Shown here piece by piece: positions 27,201 through 42,200 of a stretch of 64,000 nucleotides of DNA; position 1 is the stretch's first letter, and every line of letters begins with the position of its first letter. This DNA is from Phoronis australis. Taxonomy: Eukaryota; Animalia; Phoronida. The stretch spans positions 77,038-141,037 of the forward strand of contig NMRA01000034.1 of NCBI GenBank assembly GCA_002633005.1. The letters run 5' to 3'. Both the position numbers and the translations under genes were made by a program. The notes beneath the pieces were generated by a model. The model made no database searches, had not been told where the DNA came from, and saw nothing but the letters and a program-made list of their open reading frames with translations.

Positions 27201-30200
27201 ATGTGCTTCAAGCACGCGACTATTAAGCATCACTACAGAAACGAAATAGTTACTGCGACGCCACGTGCACAACAAGGCTAAAAATCGTTCACAGCCCGCC
27301 ATTTTTTCACGGTGTTGTAAAGCTAACCAATGACTGCTGAGGTTACATCAACCAATGTTAAAGCGCGTGACACTGCATGATACCTGCGTGCTGGCTAGGC
27401 ACGTAGGGAACCAGCGAGTATAATAATTGATGCGAAGGAGCTTTGCATTCTTAAAAGGGGACTGTAGTCAAAATAATGTTGCAGTTAATCGGTTCTAACA
27501 TACAAATAAAACTCACATTTGCCTGACTTGCGTGCCAAACTAAAGCCAATTCGAATTCATGGTCGAAACACTGAATTCTGAAAGCGATCGCTGATTGGCT
27601 GATGTGTCAGTGACGTGAACGGCGGGGTATCGGCTGCTTTACACATTCATTGCTTATGTCATATTTGAAGAGTTTACATCGTAATTTATCATTGTGTCAA
27701 TCGTCCTTATTTTTTATTGTTTGCCACAGTGCTGTAAAAGGTTCGCTATGCCTTTTTGTATGGCACCTGGTTGCTCAAACTCTTCGAAAAAGGCGTCTTC
27801 TGAAGGGATGGTCATCGCATACCATCGCCGGGTTACCCAAGCCTTGGCCCAAAGCTCAGTGTAGATATGGGCCTACAGGTTTTAGCCGATATGGATAAAA
27901 AATGTACAAATAAAATCTGACTCAAATAAATGTCATTAAAACTAAGTCATCCTTGAGTAAACCTAGGAACCAGGTTCCTAGAGTAAACTAACTTCTGTAT
28001 TTACCGGTGTTGGAAATGTTAGCGATCGTTCATCGGCTGCTGCTAGTAAAATCGTGATGTGTTCTCGGCTTTTTGCGACTACGTCACCTGACCTTTACCA
28101 GTTTCTTTTCCCCCTGATTCTTTTATCAAGTGTTCGTCGCTGACGGTACCTAGGTTGCGTACATGTTATAACAAATTATCGGAACTTGTTTCATTTTGTT
28201 TCAAGTTTTTAGTATTTTTACATCAGCAAACCGAATTTTAGAACAACCTTGGTGCTGCGAAGCTGTTATCATGTCCCGAAAGACGTCTCAAATTTTTATG
28301 AAATGGCGCGTGCGCCGTGTCACGAGCGTGCTGTTCTTGAAACGGACGACACACTTCTTTGTTAAAAAGGCGGCAAATTATGCTACCAAATGACGTTTAT
28401 TTGATTGTTTTCCATTTAAACGGCTGCAACGAACAATGGGAGTGTCGGGTGACTATACCAGATTTTGCATGCGCCCCCGCCGGTCCGTTAGCTTTATATG
28501 TTGATGTAGCCTAAGTTTTACGACGAGGTGACGAGCATAACTGAGTCAACTATACCCGGGTAGTCAACGGCTGTCTGAAATTTCGGGGTTAACGGAGCTC
28601 AACACACAGTGGTACGATAGTCTTCATACAGCTACAGTAGGTAACTTACCAACCCTTCAAGTTTACAGAGCTGCCGGAGTATTGGCTGACAGCTGGCTGA
28701 CTGGATGGCTAGAGTCCACATTGCCCTCGGCACAGTCACTGACACCAGTTGCACCGGCAAATTTTCGTCTGACGATGACGATGACTGGGTATCACTTTGT
28801 GTTGCCTCGGCTCAAACAGGTATCCCTGGTGACCCGACATTTCACACTAAAATTTCCTATTCCGACAATATGAAAAACGCTACTTGATTGCACGCTAACA
28901 CAGGACAGTGACTTTGCCCCCGCCAAATACGTCACGAGACTAAGTAGCGCTCCAAGCCGGTAATTTTTTGAGCTTCGTTAGAGAGTATAAGTTTAATTTT
29001 TGGTGTTGAATTATTTGTGAAATTAATCAACAATTCATAGAAAACTATCCAGAATTTATTCAGAATAAATTACAGTTCCCTTTTAAGAGTGGCCTAAAGC
29101 AGAAACAACTTTTGCTTTAGGCCACTTACTATTCTAAAATCAGTCCAATACAGTCCCTTACTCATATTACGCTAATTCTGCACTTATTTCGCACATAAAA
29201 AATTGCCAAAATTGTTGTTTTTCCATTTTCCAAAGGGCAATTAATGTCTTGCATATTATGGAAAATTTACCAACAGTTATGACATTTACACAGTAAAGGC
29301 TATACTAATAATATACTAGAATTTTATTAATTTTGTTTTTGTGGAGAGTTTACAAAACAAAATTTCACTTGTCGGCCATATTGTGTGATAAATAATTGAA
29401 CAATTACATAAAAAATCATTTGTGGGCTGAAGAAGAACTGAGAAGCTACTGTTCACTTCAGACCAAGCTGCCAGTCACAATGAATAACTGTCAACTTCCA
29501 AGGCAGTATGGTCGAGGGGGAACTACTGATGATTTAATGCAATCCTTTTCAATTCAAGCAGGGGCAGGAATGTCATGACGTGGCTTCGGAAGAGCAAACA
29601 TTCCAAAGAGAAATGAATGTTTCTTACAACATGACATGGTTTAGTGCGGCTTTAAAGAAACAGCGTCAACAGTCAATGTTAGACTTACTTAATATAATTG
29701 GCTTTTTTGTCTTCTTTCCAGTCACGGTTCAGCTGGTGAATTTTACAGGCAACATATCGATACTCCTTGAGGTCGAATGCCTGTAACAAAACATCCGGTG
29801 ATAAATGGACCAGAGGATTCAAGAAATACTGCTCACCTATGCACAGCTGGCGCCATAGAGAGGGAGGGAAGGTGGGGGGAGAAGGAGAGGGGGAGAGAGG
29901 TAGAGAGAGAGGGAAGGAGGTAGAAAGAGAGAGAGAGAGAGAGTGAGAATGAATGTTCGAGGGAGAGCATGAGAGGGAGAGTGTGAGAGGGAGAGGAAGT
30001 GAGTGAGTAGTAGAGAGAGAGAGAGAGATGGGACATTCTACTATAAATAGTAGTGAAAGCACACAGTTCACTTGGCGCCATATTGCTGTGTGGAAGTTCA
30101 CTGTAAATAAACCTGCATGGTCATACGGGAATAATGCAAAATACTGACAAATAGGAACAAATGAAAAATTTGCTGACCTTATTAGCAGAACTTGAGTTTA

Positions 30201-33200
30201 ATTTCAAAATATTTAAAAAGTGATACCACTGGATAGAGTACAAATTTAAAATGGTTTCAAAACTAGAGCCCTTTTAGGCCACCAGTTTGCTCAACCATAA
30301 CACTCAGTTCGACACATCAAAATGGCTGCCCTGCTATACAAATACAACATCACGTGATAGCCAATCTATCTCAATATCTATAGACAGCAGTGTCTAAGTC
30401 AGACAATGCTACAGTGAGTAACAGTCCGTGGTGAAACCAAGTCACAATTTGGTCGTACATTAAATGCATCCCAGAAACACTGATGCACATAAACTATCCT
30501 AATCAAGAACCAAAATATCCAACAAGGATACTACATGCATAAAATCTGCTTGAACATCGACTGGTGCTGACCTCCCCATCACATAGTTTATCTAAGATTT
30601 GTAAAGAATTCTGGACACAAAATTAAAGTCTTCCTCACCAAAATTCAAGGGCTTTTCAGACTACCAGACAACTACCTTCATGATTAGGGTTGCGTGGGGC
30701 TGGTTGGTTTGGGCCGATGTGTTCATGACTGATACGAGACACCGCCACAAAGACAACTAATCAATCGAATAAACAGTACGCAAATTTACATACTCAACAT
30801 TTCAGATTTTTGAGGACTTTCAATGCTGCGTGAAAAAACTGTGCAAATAATTTACAAGACCAACATTAAAAAATGAAGGACTTGTCTGAACGAATGTGAA
30901 AAACAAAAGGTGAATGTTTGCACCATACCCTTCCACTTAACTTCTTCACCTACCTTGTGTACTTCACTAAAGCCTCCCTTGCCAAGAAGATTAAGTAACA
31001 GATAACGATCATTGAGCACTGCGAAGTTGTTGAACCTGCAAACACAACAAGTGACGGACCTTTTGAGAGACACAAAGCACAATGGGTTTTGTCCTACTTC
31101 CCACAGCGGAAATAATACCTCATGCTGGTTTTCCAAGGGTAGTGCCATAGACCTCACATAGGGTTATGTAACAAGATGGTGCGTTATTGCCACTTTTCTG
31201 CAAGGTTTGCAATCTCACAAGTGGTACATTTAACAGGAACTAAGACCAGGGCACTTCAGTTGACACTGCTTCAACAGGGTAGAAGAAAGGCAAGCCATAC
31301 ACGGATAGCGAAAAAGTTTCAATTCACATTATTTAGTCACACAGAGAAAGTTTTAGGAATGCAGTCAGTTCAACATCAAAGTTGTGGTTACTAGGATGAC
31401 TGTGAAATCATTTACAAGTAAATGGGATATAGTTTAAATTTGCATCAGAATTTGCATCAAAGAAGGTATGAACACAAAAGACAATGGTAATTCTTGACTT
31501 ACGTTCTCACAAAAATAAGTGCCTAAATTGCATTTTCCCATTTTTCAAAGGGTGATTACTTTTACTGCAAATAATTCAAAATTGATCAAAAGCTGTTTTA
31601 TGACATCTACACAATACAAACTATGTTAGGAATAAACTACTGTTTTTGTGATGAAATTTGATAAAATAGAATGTCACTTGTAGGCCATATTATGGGCTAT
31701 ATAAGTGAAGAATCACCGTATATTACGCACTGACCACTGGTAAGTAATCGACACATAAATTTTTACTTAAAACATGAATAATCTGAAAGCACCCAATTCA
31801 GTCACTTTTTGGCCTTTTTACACACAGAACACTTAAACTCAGAAATGTAACACTAGATTGTGTTTTTAATCTTTAGGCGACAACCAACTACTTTAAAGAA
31901 AGGCCACATTCACCAAGTTTGCCGTACAATCATACACACCAAAATCTACACCAACCATTGAATTTCGATGACAAGTGGGTTGAGCACACGATTTGAAACA
32001 TGAGTGGATGATTTATGCCCCCATTAAGGACATTGCTTGGTTTATCCGTGTGATAGCGCTATTTACACGCACGCACGCCCACACTCACACCCATAAGTTC
32101 ATGTCGAAGACTTGGCACTCATCGATACGATTACTTAGTACCCTTTCGCACAGAGAGCTTGCTCACTCACCTAGAATTGTCTTCGTTGTGTATACGCTTG
32201 AGCTCGCGTATGTGCAGGTTCCTGACTCGTTCCAGCTTCTCCAGCTCTGACTGCAAGTCTGCGTCCTCCTTCTTCAGAGCAGCTGCCCGCAGTTTCAGCA
32301 GCTCGTCTTGTTCATGGTATTCAAATGTGGTTAGACTGTGAATAACATGGGAGACAACGGTGAGATGTAACGCTGGATTACAACATCTCCTGCTCACAAA
32401 CAGGGAAGCGTGCCTTCCACCACTAACAATCACACATGTTCCTTTCTCATGAATGCAAATCTTATCTCACCAGTATTTTGTAACTCACGAAATGTAATTC
32501 ACTTTATGAAAATATTTCTTTTCCCATTAAACAAAGTTGCAGTAAACAAACAGTTTTGATTCTGACGTAAGTTTACAGCAACTTCTAAATTACTATACAA
32601 ATAAGTCATCGTATCATATTTTTAATCCAAAAACATAAACATATTGGTAGAAGAATTATGCAGTTGTGTGTTGCCCGAAAGAGGTGTCAAATTGGTAAAA
32701 AGAAAACAGCGATTTTTGAATCGTTATGTTTAACACATCTTGTCTCCAGGAAACTTTGCTGCCGTGATACTTCCAGACAACTCTCAACATATAATAGACA
32801 GGTCGGTGCATGCGCGGGTGTGTCGAGTGTGAATGTGTATTTCTTGTGCTTCTGTTATGTGTATATGTATACGACTTGTACTAATAAAGCATGTATAAAA
32901 TATTCTCAATTACTCGTTAGACAAGTGCCTGATTAAAAATTCCAATGAGGTTATTCAGCGATACCCTTCGGAAGAAGAGTACCCACTCGGCTACGGAATA
33001 TGCAATTTACTTGAAGCCATTCAAATACAGTGTATTACTGCAACACGCTCATGAAAATCAGCGCTACCAGCTAGGTAATCACTTACGACTTTTCACCGGG
33101 CTTAAGGAATTCTTTCTTGCCCCCCTGAGCCCCACCCATACTGATGGGCTTCTTCTTGAGTAGCAACTGACGAGACTTGCCCAGCTCCTCCTTGCTTCGT

Positions 33201-36200
33201 GTCAGCTCTTCTTGTCGCCTACAGAGGATGTGGTCAGAGCAAGCTTTAATGCGTGTCTCCTTACACTCACTCAAGGAAAGGATTAAGAAAAGCTCTTTGT
33301 CTAATACAAGGGCTTTCCATTATCCGGAATAAGTCGCAGTTGTAATACTTGCATCTGAATATATGGTCTCAAGGAAGACAAGTAAGTGACAATACTAATA
33401 AAATGTGGAAGTTGAAAAATCTCGTTATTTATCAATACCTGAATATATGTTTTTTGCAAAGGCTGCACAAATCAGAATGAAGAGACAACTTCTGATGTAC
33501 AATGCTTATAACGTGGCGTACACTTCAAAAAGATGCTTTTCTTTAGAATTTTCAGTCAAAACTAATTCTGCTGACAATGGACAGAACAGCAATGGGCAGA
33601 ATGGTAACTATATATAAACAGACAAGGCTGGACTGGCATTTCTAAAGAGCAAAGATTTCTCCAAGGTCATAAATTACCATATACTTGTTTTTTAATATAA
33701 AATTTAGGAAAAACTAACAAAAAAAGAAATGTAACTCTATCAAAATTGTCAACATAATAAGAATATGTTAAAAAATACTGGAACAGTCTCGCAACAATTT
33801 AACACATCTGAACATTTCTGCAATCAAGGAAACAACTGAAAAAGCCAGCAGATTTCTCCACTAATTACAGTGAGAGAAGTAGGAGGAACTGATCAAGTAC
33901 TCACTTTGTTATCTCTGTGAAGGCGTAGCCATCCACCCAATTCTCTACGTAGGAATGTAGACCGTGGCCCTGTGACTGAAACTGGCCAAGTCGTAGTCGG
34001 TTCTCCATCGTCTTCTGGCGTTGGGTCTTCCTCTCTAGCTCGCTCTACAACGCCAAGAAGCACCAGAGTGAGGCAAGCAAAGCCAGGCACACACACGTCT
34101 CCTCCCCTTCACCTGCACTGGCAGGTATTTCAAAATACAACCATATTTGGGTTTTTATGATCAACAAGGACAGTTCACGGCCACCCTTACGCTCAAATCA
34201 AAAACACAGGAATTTCATTCTACAGTCAACCACTCTCTCATCAATAAGTTGAGAACCTGCGACTATCACAATGCACATAAACTTCACACAAGGACCAAGT
34301 AGCCTTTTGTACTAAGTGCATGTACAGCTAGGCATTTTAGATTTCGATACAAGTTTACCAATGAGTCCAATGACAAAAAAGAGCATTGTTTGTCTTAAAA
34401 ACCAGACTTGGCTCCTTACATCTGCTTTTTTACACAGAGCAATGCATCATTCTCAGCTGCATTTTCATGTTTCAACCACATACAAGTAGCTGGCTGACTA
34501 AGGAAAGGGGTGATTTAGGGGTATTTACAGTGTCAGAAACCACACAATAGTGTTCGAAGTTGAAAAGTACATTTTATTTTCCAGAAGTTTTCGGTCATTT
34601 TTTTTCAGAAAATAAGCCATAATGCAGCTTTTGTGAATGATACAGTGCATGCCACAAATATTCAGATAAAACAACCCATAATTCCAAGTCATGGCCACTG
34701 AGTGCAGGCGGAACTCACCATGATGGCCAGCAGTATTTTGTCCTATTATTTCTGGCATGTACGGAAGTCGACAAAACTGATTGAACGCATGACCAACTGA
34801 GAAGACTTGCAAAATGACTCCTTTATACTGAAGTTTTCCACGAGATTTTAATCTCCTTTCATTTTCCGTGCACAGAAACTACTGTCATTTTCTAGCTTCT
34901 CCAAGTTAAGCGGAATAAATAAACCGTTGAAGAAGCACAACAATGCCTCCAGCCCTGAAGGTACAGACCTTCTCCAACAATAGCGTTTTCAACATTGCCG
35001 TACACCGTGTCTGTGTCTCCTTGTGTTTTTCCAGTAGTTTCTGCTGTGCTGTCACCTGCTTGCTCAACTCATCACGCTCATGTTGCAAGGTCAGCACCTG
35101 GTGTTGAAGGTCACCGTTTTGCTAGAAGGCAAATGGATGTTGGTCAGTACATGAATCCACTTGCCCAGTTTTACTCCACGGTCTGTCATGTTATTGGATT
35201 TGAAAATCAACAAATCACATCCCACTTTGACGCTGTGAGATGGGTAAATTTTACAGTCCAGTCTTGGAAAAAGTTTGGCAGTCGCGAGGCCAAACGTATT
35301 TCTAGTTTTCCGTGAATGGCATCCAGTGGGAAACGGTCACATAGCAAATAACCGAATGTGCAAACCAAACTCACTGTAAATGCATCCAAATTGTGCTTCT
35401 GTCAGTATTCTAAACTTCATCGCATAACCTGTTAATGGTGTCTAAGTATTTACCTTGTTCATGACTCCACAATTAATAACTACCCCTGTTCAATAATGTT
35501 TCCAAACAGCTTGTATATTACTTAGGGCTGTTCCAGAAAAATCTGTGTGGGAGGGGGGAAGGCAACTGAAATAAAAATTTATGGGTGGTTGCGTTTGATT
35601 TAAATTCAAAATGGCTGGTGGTCGTACTTCAAAAAAATAAAAATTTACAGGTCGTTGTTGTTTCATTGGGCCACAAATGTTTGATGGTGGGTAATTTCAG
35701 TAAATTTTATAAACAATCCGCACAGAATCAAAAACTGAAACAAAACCGCAACTTCCAAAAAGCTCCGACTTTTTCACTCCCTCCGATCTCCTCATCGGCA
35801 TGCCTGTAACACCAGTTAACCACAGGTGCTCGAATTTCTCGATGGCTAATAACCATATATAAGAAACATGTTTTTTTAGTAATGAATGACGTTAGTGGTG
35901 ATGGAGGAACAGATTAACTCAAGCGCCTGTGCAGTCAACCACAAGAACAAAAAAAATTACGCCTGTGCAATCAACCACAAGAACAAAAAAAATTACGGGT
36001 GGTTGCATTTCAAACTCATAAAAAATTACGGGTGGTAAGCTGAAGAAATAAATGAAAAATATGGGTGGTGGGTGCGAAAAAAAGGTGCCTCTCCCCCATA
36101 CAGATTTTACTAGAACAGCCCTTATTGTCTTGGGATAGTGGCTCTAGCGTTAGCAGTTACGCCCTCTTTAGGATCTTCCCAAAACCAGCTAAATATCAAC

Positions 36201-39200
36201 TCAAGTTTGTTTGCGAGAAGGTGAACTTAAGAAACCCATTGTTACACACGGAGCTGTTATCAATCATTACAGGGCTATTTGGGACGAAGGCGGACAGATT
36301 GGGTATTGTTATGTCAGTGTATGTGGGAAGTTACTATAATTGCAAAATTTTGTCATTTATGGGCAAAAGCTACCCAAGTATCTCAACGAATTGGCTTGGC
36401 AAACCAGCAGCAATCACCTCTTGCATGACCTTATTTTGACTCTGGTTTTGACCCGCCTCTCCCCCTTGCACAAACACAGCCACTTACTTTCTGCATCTCA
36501 TTCATCTGATTATTCCTTTGCTCCATCCCTGTTGTGGCCTGAATTATCTGCTTCATCTGTGGACTGTTCAACTCTGTCTACAAACACCAGGCAGCTCGTT
36601 CAGTAGTGCAAAACAGTGGACATTAACTGGTCGGTTTCCTCCGCACGGACAACTATCAAACATACGCTAACCAGTCTGTCAGTTGAAACTTGTTTTCAAA
36701 ACACTCTGACCCTACCCAGAAATTTAAAGCTGCACTTCCTTTCCATTTATTGTTGATCCGACGTGACATCTAGAAATACGCTACTCGAGCATATGTAACT
36801 GAACTTACAGTGGCTATAACCCACATTCTATAACAAAAGCCACACATTTGATTTGGACCACACAATGCTATAAAATTGGTCCCGACTTGTTCCCTGAAAT
36901 TAGAAGCGAGTTCTGGGCTGGCAAAGAACTAACACCCGGTTACTTCTAGAGAACATGTTCAGTGCGTAAAACGACGCTAAGTGACAAACAAACTTGTACA
37001 GCCTATGAAGCCCTGAAACCATCTCCAAGGAACAATTCAGACCAATTTCATAATTGTAAGTGGTCTATATCAAAAGTTAACTTCAGTGATAGAAGGGGGC
37101 TTTATAGACACTTTAAAAATGTCCTCGCTACAACAGCATCGGTTTCAACAATCATTTGGAACTGAGATGACAGCACATGAATGGAAGTGGTCAGTTTTGG
37201 AAGGGCTGGCCAATCCTACAATTTTCCGAAACCCGTTTTGACTTATACATGTTCTGGATGTTTTCCATGGCAGTAATAAATTTCTCAATGTCAAAGAAAT
37301 TTTTTCGGGGGAAATTTTGTAGCAATAAGTAACGAAGTTCTCATTTTGGCTTTCCAGACAGAAGGGAATACAGTTTTAGAATACGTTGTTTGTAACTGTT
37401 CGCAGTTTACAGAGACAGCATCCGCTATGGTACAGGTCATGTGAGTATTGAACAGACGGAGTAGAGCGTATCTGAACAGCGTACCTGCACATATTTATGA
37501 CTAGCACCGGTCGAGTGGAAACTGGAATTGGATTGTGAACTTGACAGACAGTGGGGGGATGGAGGCTGGTAGCCCTGTAACAAAACCATGTCCTGCTTAG
37601 GAAAACCGCAGTTAAGTTACTAATGAAAACAGCGTAGACGAGGCAGGTCGCGTGTGGAGCAGGAACACACAATGCACCAGGTGGCACTAACGAGAACCTG
37701 GTGCGAACCGTGCGCATGCATTCAGGTACTCACGCGGGACCCTCAAGACACGAATGCCTCTAAGCTGGTAAATGTTTTTCTCAATCTTTTTAGATAATGA
37801 AAAGACGGCCCATTCTTACCCCAACAACCAATTAAATCACAAGGAGTCTGCCACTGTTACTTCGATGTTGCCATGACAGAGATTGCAGAGAAATACACCG
37901 TATTACGTGTGTTTTCATCAACACCAATTGTCATTTCATTCATACAAGTGATGTTGATTTGTTAAAACAAACATTGCAGTTTCTATGACAGTGACTGTCA
38001 ATGCATAACCCGTTCAAGTACGCATACAGCAGTCTCACGGATAGATATAACCACTAGTACATCTTCTTGAAACTACTGAGATCTTGCGTAAAAGTGCCAT
38101 GCGTGTCCCTGCTCGGAATGGAAACTGGCCTAGCTGTGGGCGACACAGAAAACGCATTATTCACATGCATTTAAGATGCAAAATGTAAAATAAGCAATTC
38201 AGTTAATGTCACAACACACTAGAGACAAACAAAATAACATGGAAACTCAAGATAGCAAAGCATACAAGAGGGTGAGATGTCAAACAATGTTATCAAAAAT
38301 CCTCAGAAATATGAATACCAGAAAATACTAGTGTTTTCCGTATTCCAGGAACCCAAAGTTTCTCCTGCAAGACGCAGACGTCAGCAAACATGCCACAGTT
38401 GATACTAATTGTAATACAGGAAAACAACAAAATTAATACATTTTTTTCAGATTCTGCGCTGCCGACTCTCATACGGTCTTTGTGTGTTCCACAAAATGAC
38501 TTCTCATTCAACTCTGCTTCCAACGTTCAAAATGAACTCATTGATCTTAAAAAAAAAAAATCCTTTCAATTGCTCTCCGCGTCAGCCCTGTTTCTAAATC
38601 CTCGATATTTGTTCTGGGCCCTATAACTGCTAGTGCTTGGGACTAACTATAACTTTTTGTTCCATGCAATACTAGTCAACTATGACACTTTCTCAACCTT
38701 CTACCAGGGCTTGGAATGACCAATGACGAAAAACGCAGAAATTTTTGCGGCCCAAAACATGTGCGCTTCCCAGACTTGAAATAGTCGATGTAGACCTTTT
38801 GCCGACAAAAATCGGGGACTAAACGGTACCACCTCCAGAAGCGTGCGTCTGCGTCTTTTTAACTCGTCCGTCCCATCCTACCTCCACACATTTTTGGCTG
38901 CAAAGCCGTAGTATTCGTCACCGCGGTTTACAATCACACAAGATGCCATTCAAGAATCCACCACGCTATCCCAGATGCCCCGGCAATGTTGACAATTTAC
39001 GTACCTCCGAAACATAAAGAGCAACTTCCGCTTTTCGAGGTGAAAGTCGTCGGCAATGCCGCGTTATGAAAGGAATTTGCCACGGAAATTTTACATCAAA
39101 TCCGATTTTTTTATGCGGAAATATAATAATATACGTGGACAGAATATTTGAAAAAAGCGGAAATCCGCGTTTCCGCGGAAAATTTCAAGCCTTGTTCTAC

Positions 39201-42200
39201 ACCACGCAGAACAAACTTTGGAATTCCTAGAGTAAGAAAAACACCATAAGTTACAAGTGAATCCATCCCGGTACTCATAGTTCAGAATATTTATGCTAAA
39301 TTTTTTGGTTAACTCGGTAAAGCAGTGCAAGTACAGTCACGTACACTTATCAAGTGCTTATCATTCAAACGACAGATCTATATTAGAATGTTAAGACGTG
39401 AAAAGGAAATAAAAAGATGAACCAAAACCCAGAAAAACTGAAATGCACAACTAAGGCACAGTCACTCTTCGATACATGTCACACCTGCCCACTGCTTTTC
39501 AAAAATGCATAAACAACAATTAATATATGTTAACTTAATTTCCTTCTTTACTGGCTAAGCATAATCCATCTCACCCACAAGTTTGCACGTAATTCTGTGC
39601 ATACACCCATCATCAAACGTTATATAGATCTTATTAACATGTCAGGTAGTTAGCCAAGTATGTCAAAACTGAGACCAGTAAACATGGATCTGCGCCCTCT
39701 GCTGGGAAGGTCAGCATTAGTTACTTAACGTCATTACGATGCCTCCCCAGTCAGAAGGGATTCGAATCGGCTAGTCCCTACTGGGATCTAGTCTAGGGAA
39801 GAAATGAAAGTAATTATTGGTGTAGACTGGGTGCATGAATTGGTTCATCATAGCCGGTAACTGTGTATGCAGAGCCTGGTCTATCAGTTTTACCCCAGCT
39901 CATCATAGCCGGTCACAGTGTAAGTGGAACATGGTCTGACAATTTTACCCCAGCTCATCATAGCCAGTCACTGTGTGTATGCGGAGCCTGGTCTATCAGT
40001 TTTACCCCAGCTCATCATAGCCAGTCACAGTGTAAGTGGAACATGGTCTGACAATTTTACCCCAGCTCATCATAGCCGTCACTGTATATGCGGAACATGG
40101 TCTGTCATTTTTACCCCTGCCCAGAAACCCCTTCACATCCAAGTAAAGAAACGAGTTAAGACCAAAACACTCAAGTTTACAGCAGTGATGTATATGAAAA
40201 ATCAGATTCTTTGATGGAATACAGGCTTCTTGCAACTATCAAGCTACATCGAAATAAGACATTTAATCATTAGGACCAAAGATTTCAAACTCCAACTCCA
40301 ATTCGCATGGCCTACATCATTAAGATAAAAGCAGAGTCTGAGGTTCCACACAAAGAACATTATTGGATATGACATGTAATCAATCAGCTCCAGGGAGCAT
40401 AACATGGAGTGTGAGATTGAGCTAGAACAGAATCTTAGATCTTAACGTCAGATGTCGATGCTGCAGGATTGAAAACATAGGTGTAACAATTAATATAGAC
40501 AGACACACAAGCCATCAAACCAGTAACAGCCCACAGATACACCAGGATTGGCCATCTATCTACCTGATTCAAAGGTATTGGTGACTTGCACATAGCGCCT
40601 CCAGCGGCCCGTCGTGGACTGGTCCCCGTCTGCAACACAATGGCGTGTACGATAAATGTATGTCTGCATGCACCTTGTGTGAATGCAATGATTAGGCAAA
40701 AAAGCAGAATTGTTTCTCGTCTGAAATTCTGAGAATCGGCAATTAATTTCAGTTATACATTTTTTAAGTAACCCGATACAAGTAGAAGTGGTATGGCAAT
40801 TTTTTCTCAGCTTCAGAGTCCAGCAACATGATTGGATGTACTCCAGTTAACAGATGAGACTAACCATAACTAGGAACTACACTACTTGGCTTTGGAAACG
40901 CAAAGGGATGATTGTTGCCAAGTTTGCAGGCCACTCAGCAAATTCCTTTGTTAGACATTATTGCGTAAGTTTTGGAAAACCACCTTTTGCTAAGAATGAT
41001 GCTGGCTGGCACTTTTTTCTCTAATGAGAGGTACAGGTTTCAAAATGGGTCGGGTGCAGATCAGATTCAGTTATGCTGCTTTTAAGCCATACAGTTAAGA
41101 TAACTGCTGCTCTGCACTCCAACAATAATTGGTGTCCTGACATGCTGCATGAGGTATTTGTCTCACACAAGAGTGCGCAGTCGGATATTCTCATTGTTCC
41201 ATAAGATACATGTGTCACATAAGAGGGCGCCATGGAACATTTTACCTCCAGCCGATAAGCGCACCAGTGCAAGCTCAGCTCCATGGAAATGACAAAATGA
41301 ACTTAACTAGCATGAGTGCGCGTCACCTCAGATCACGACAGAATCGTCTGTACTGTTCAACCACAATACAACTGTGGCTGCAGGGACCTTTCTAACACAT
41401 TCGTTGCACCCAAGTTTGCATCAGCCACGCCAAATTGCACACGGCACATTTGGCTAGGGACTAGTGGAATGGACCATTATCAGGAAGAAAATGTTATAAA
41501 CGAATCTGGCAACAATACAGTGCAACTCTATTCATTTGGGCTAATGTTAAGAGCTACGCTGCTTCTTTTAAACGATAACCCAGCCACGCTTTAAGTAAGA
41601 AAACTGCAGGTTACAGTTATTCATTTCCGAATTCTCCAAGAATGGAGACGATAACACTACACAGCATACCTTGAAGTATTCACTGATCTTTTTGCCATTG
41701 TCACCTCGCACTGACTTTCCAGGTCCTACAAAAATAGAAAATGAGAATATGGACAAAAGTTACTGCGCAAACCTTATCAAAGAGTATCCTGTCCCTCACA
41801 ATCCTACAATTTGCACATAATATAGATGCTTGCCAACATATCTTCAGTCTGGTTCAAACATGCTCTTACTTGAAATGAACTTGTGATCAATACAAGAACA
41901 CTTTTTGAGTCATCACGGAAAGAAAATTACCAGAGCTAAGCTTGTTGAGCACACTCGTGTCTTAGATGAGTTGAGAGTGACATTGTGTGCCTACAGTTGT
42001 TAGAAATGTTGATCATCAACTTTGATAGTCTGAGTCATAATGGGCAAGACATGGGGCAAGAATGCATCCTCAAATTGTACAATTAGTCTGTTGTGTTTGT
42101 ATTCTACTGAATCCAATTTCTCTCTGATATGATAAACATATATTAGGTTTTTGTGTATTTTTGTTCTCTTCATTTTCACAATGAATATCGATCAACTGTT

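Noticed and set aside
29685-30101. 138-aa ORF with SLSLS tract
   Set aside because: Only 29689-29780 is a TLK exon; the rest is translation of a (TC)n tract.
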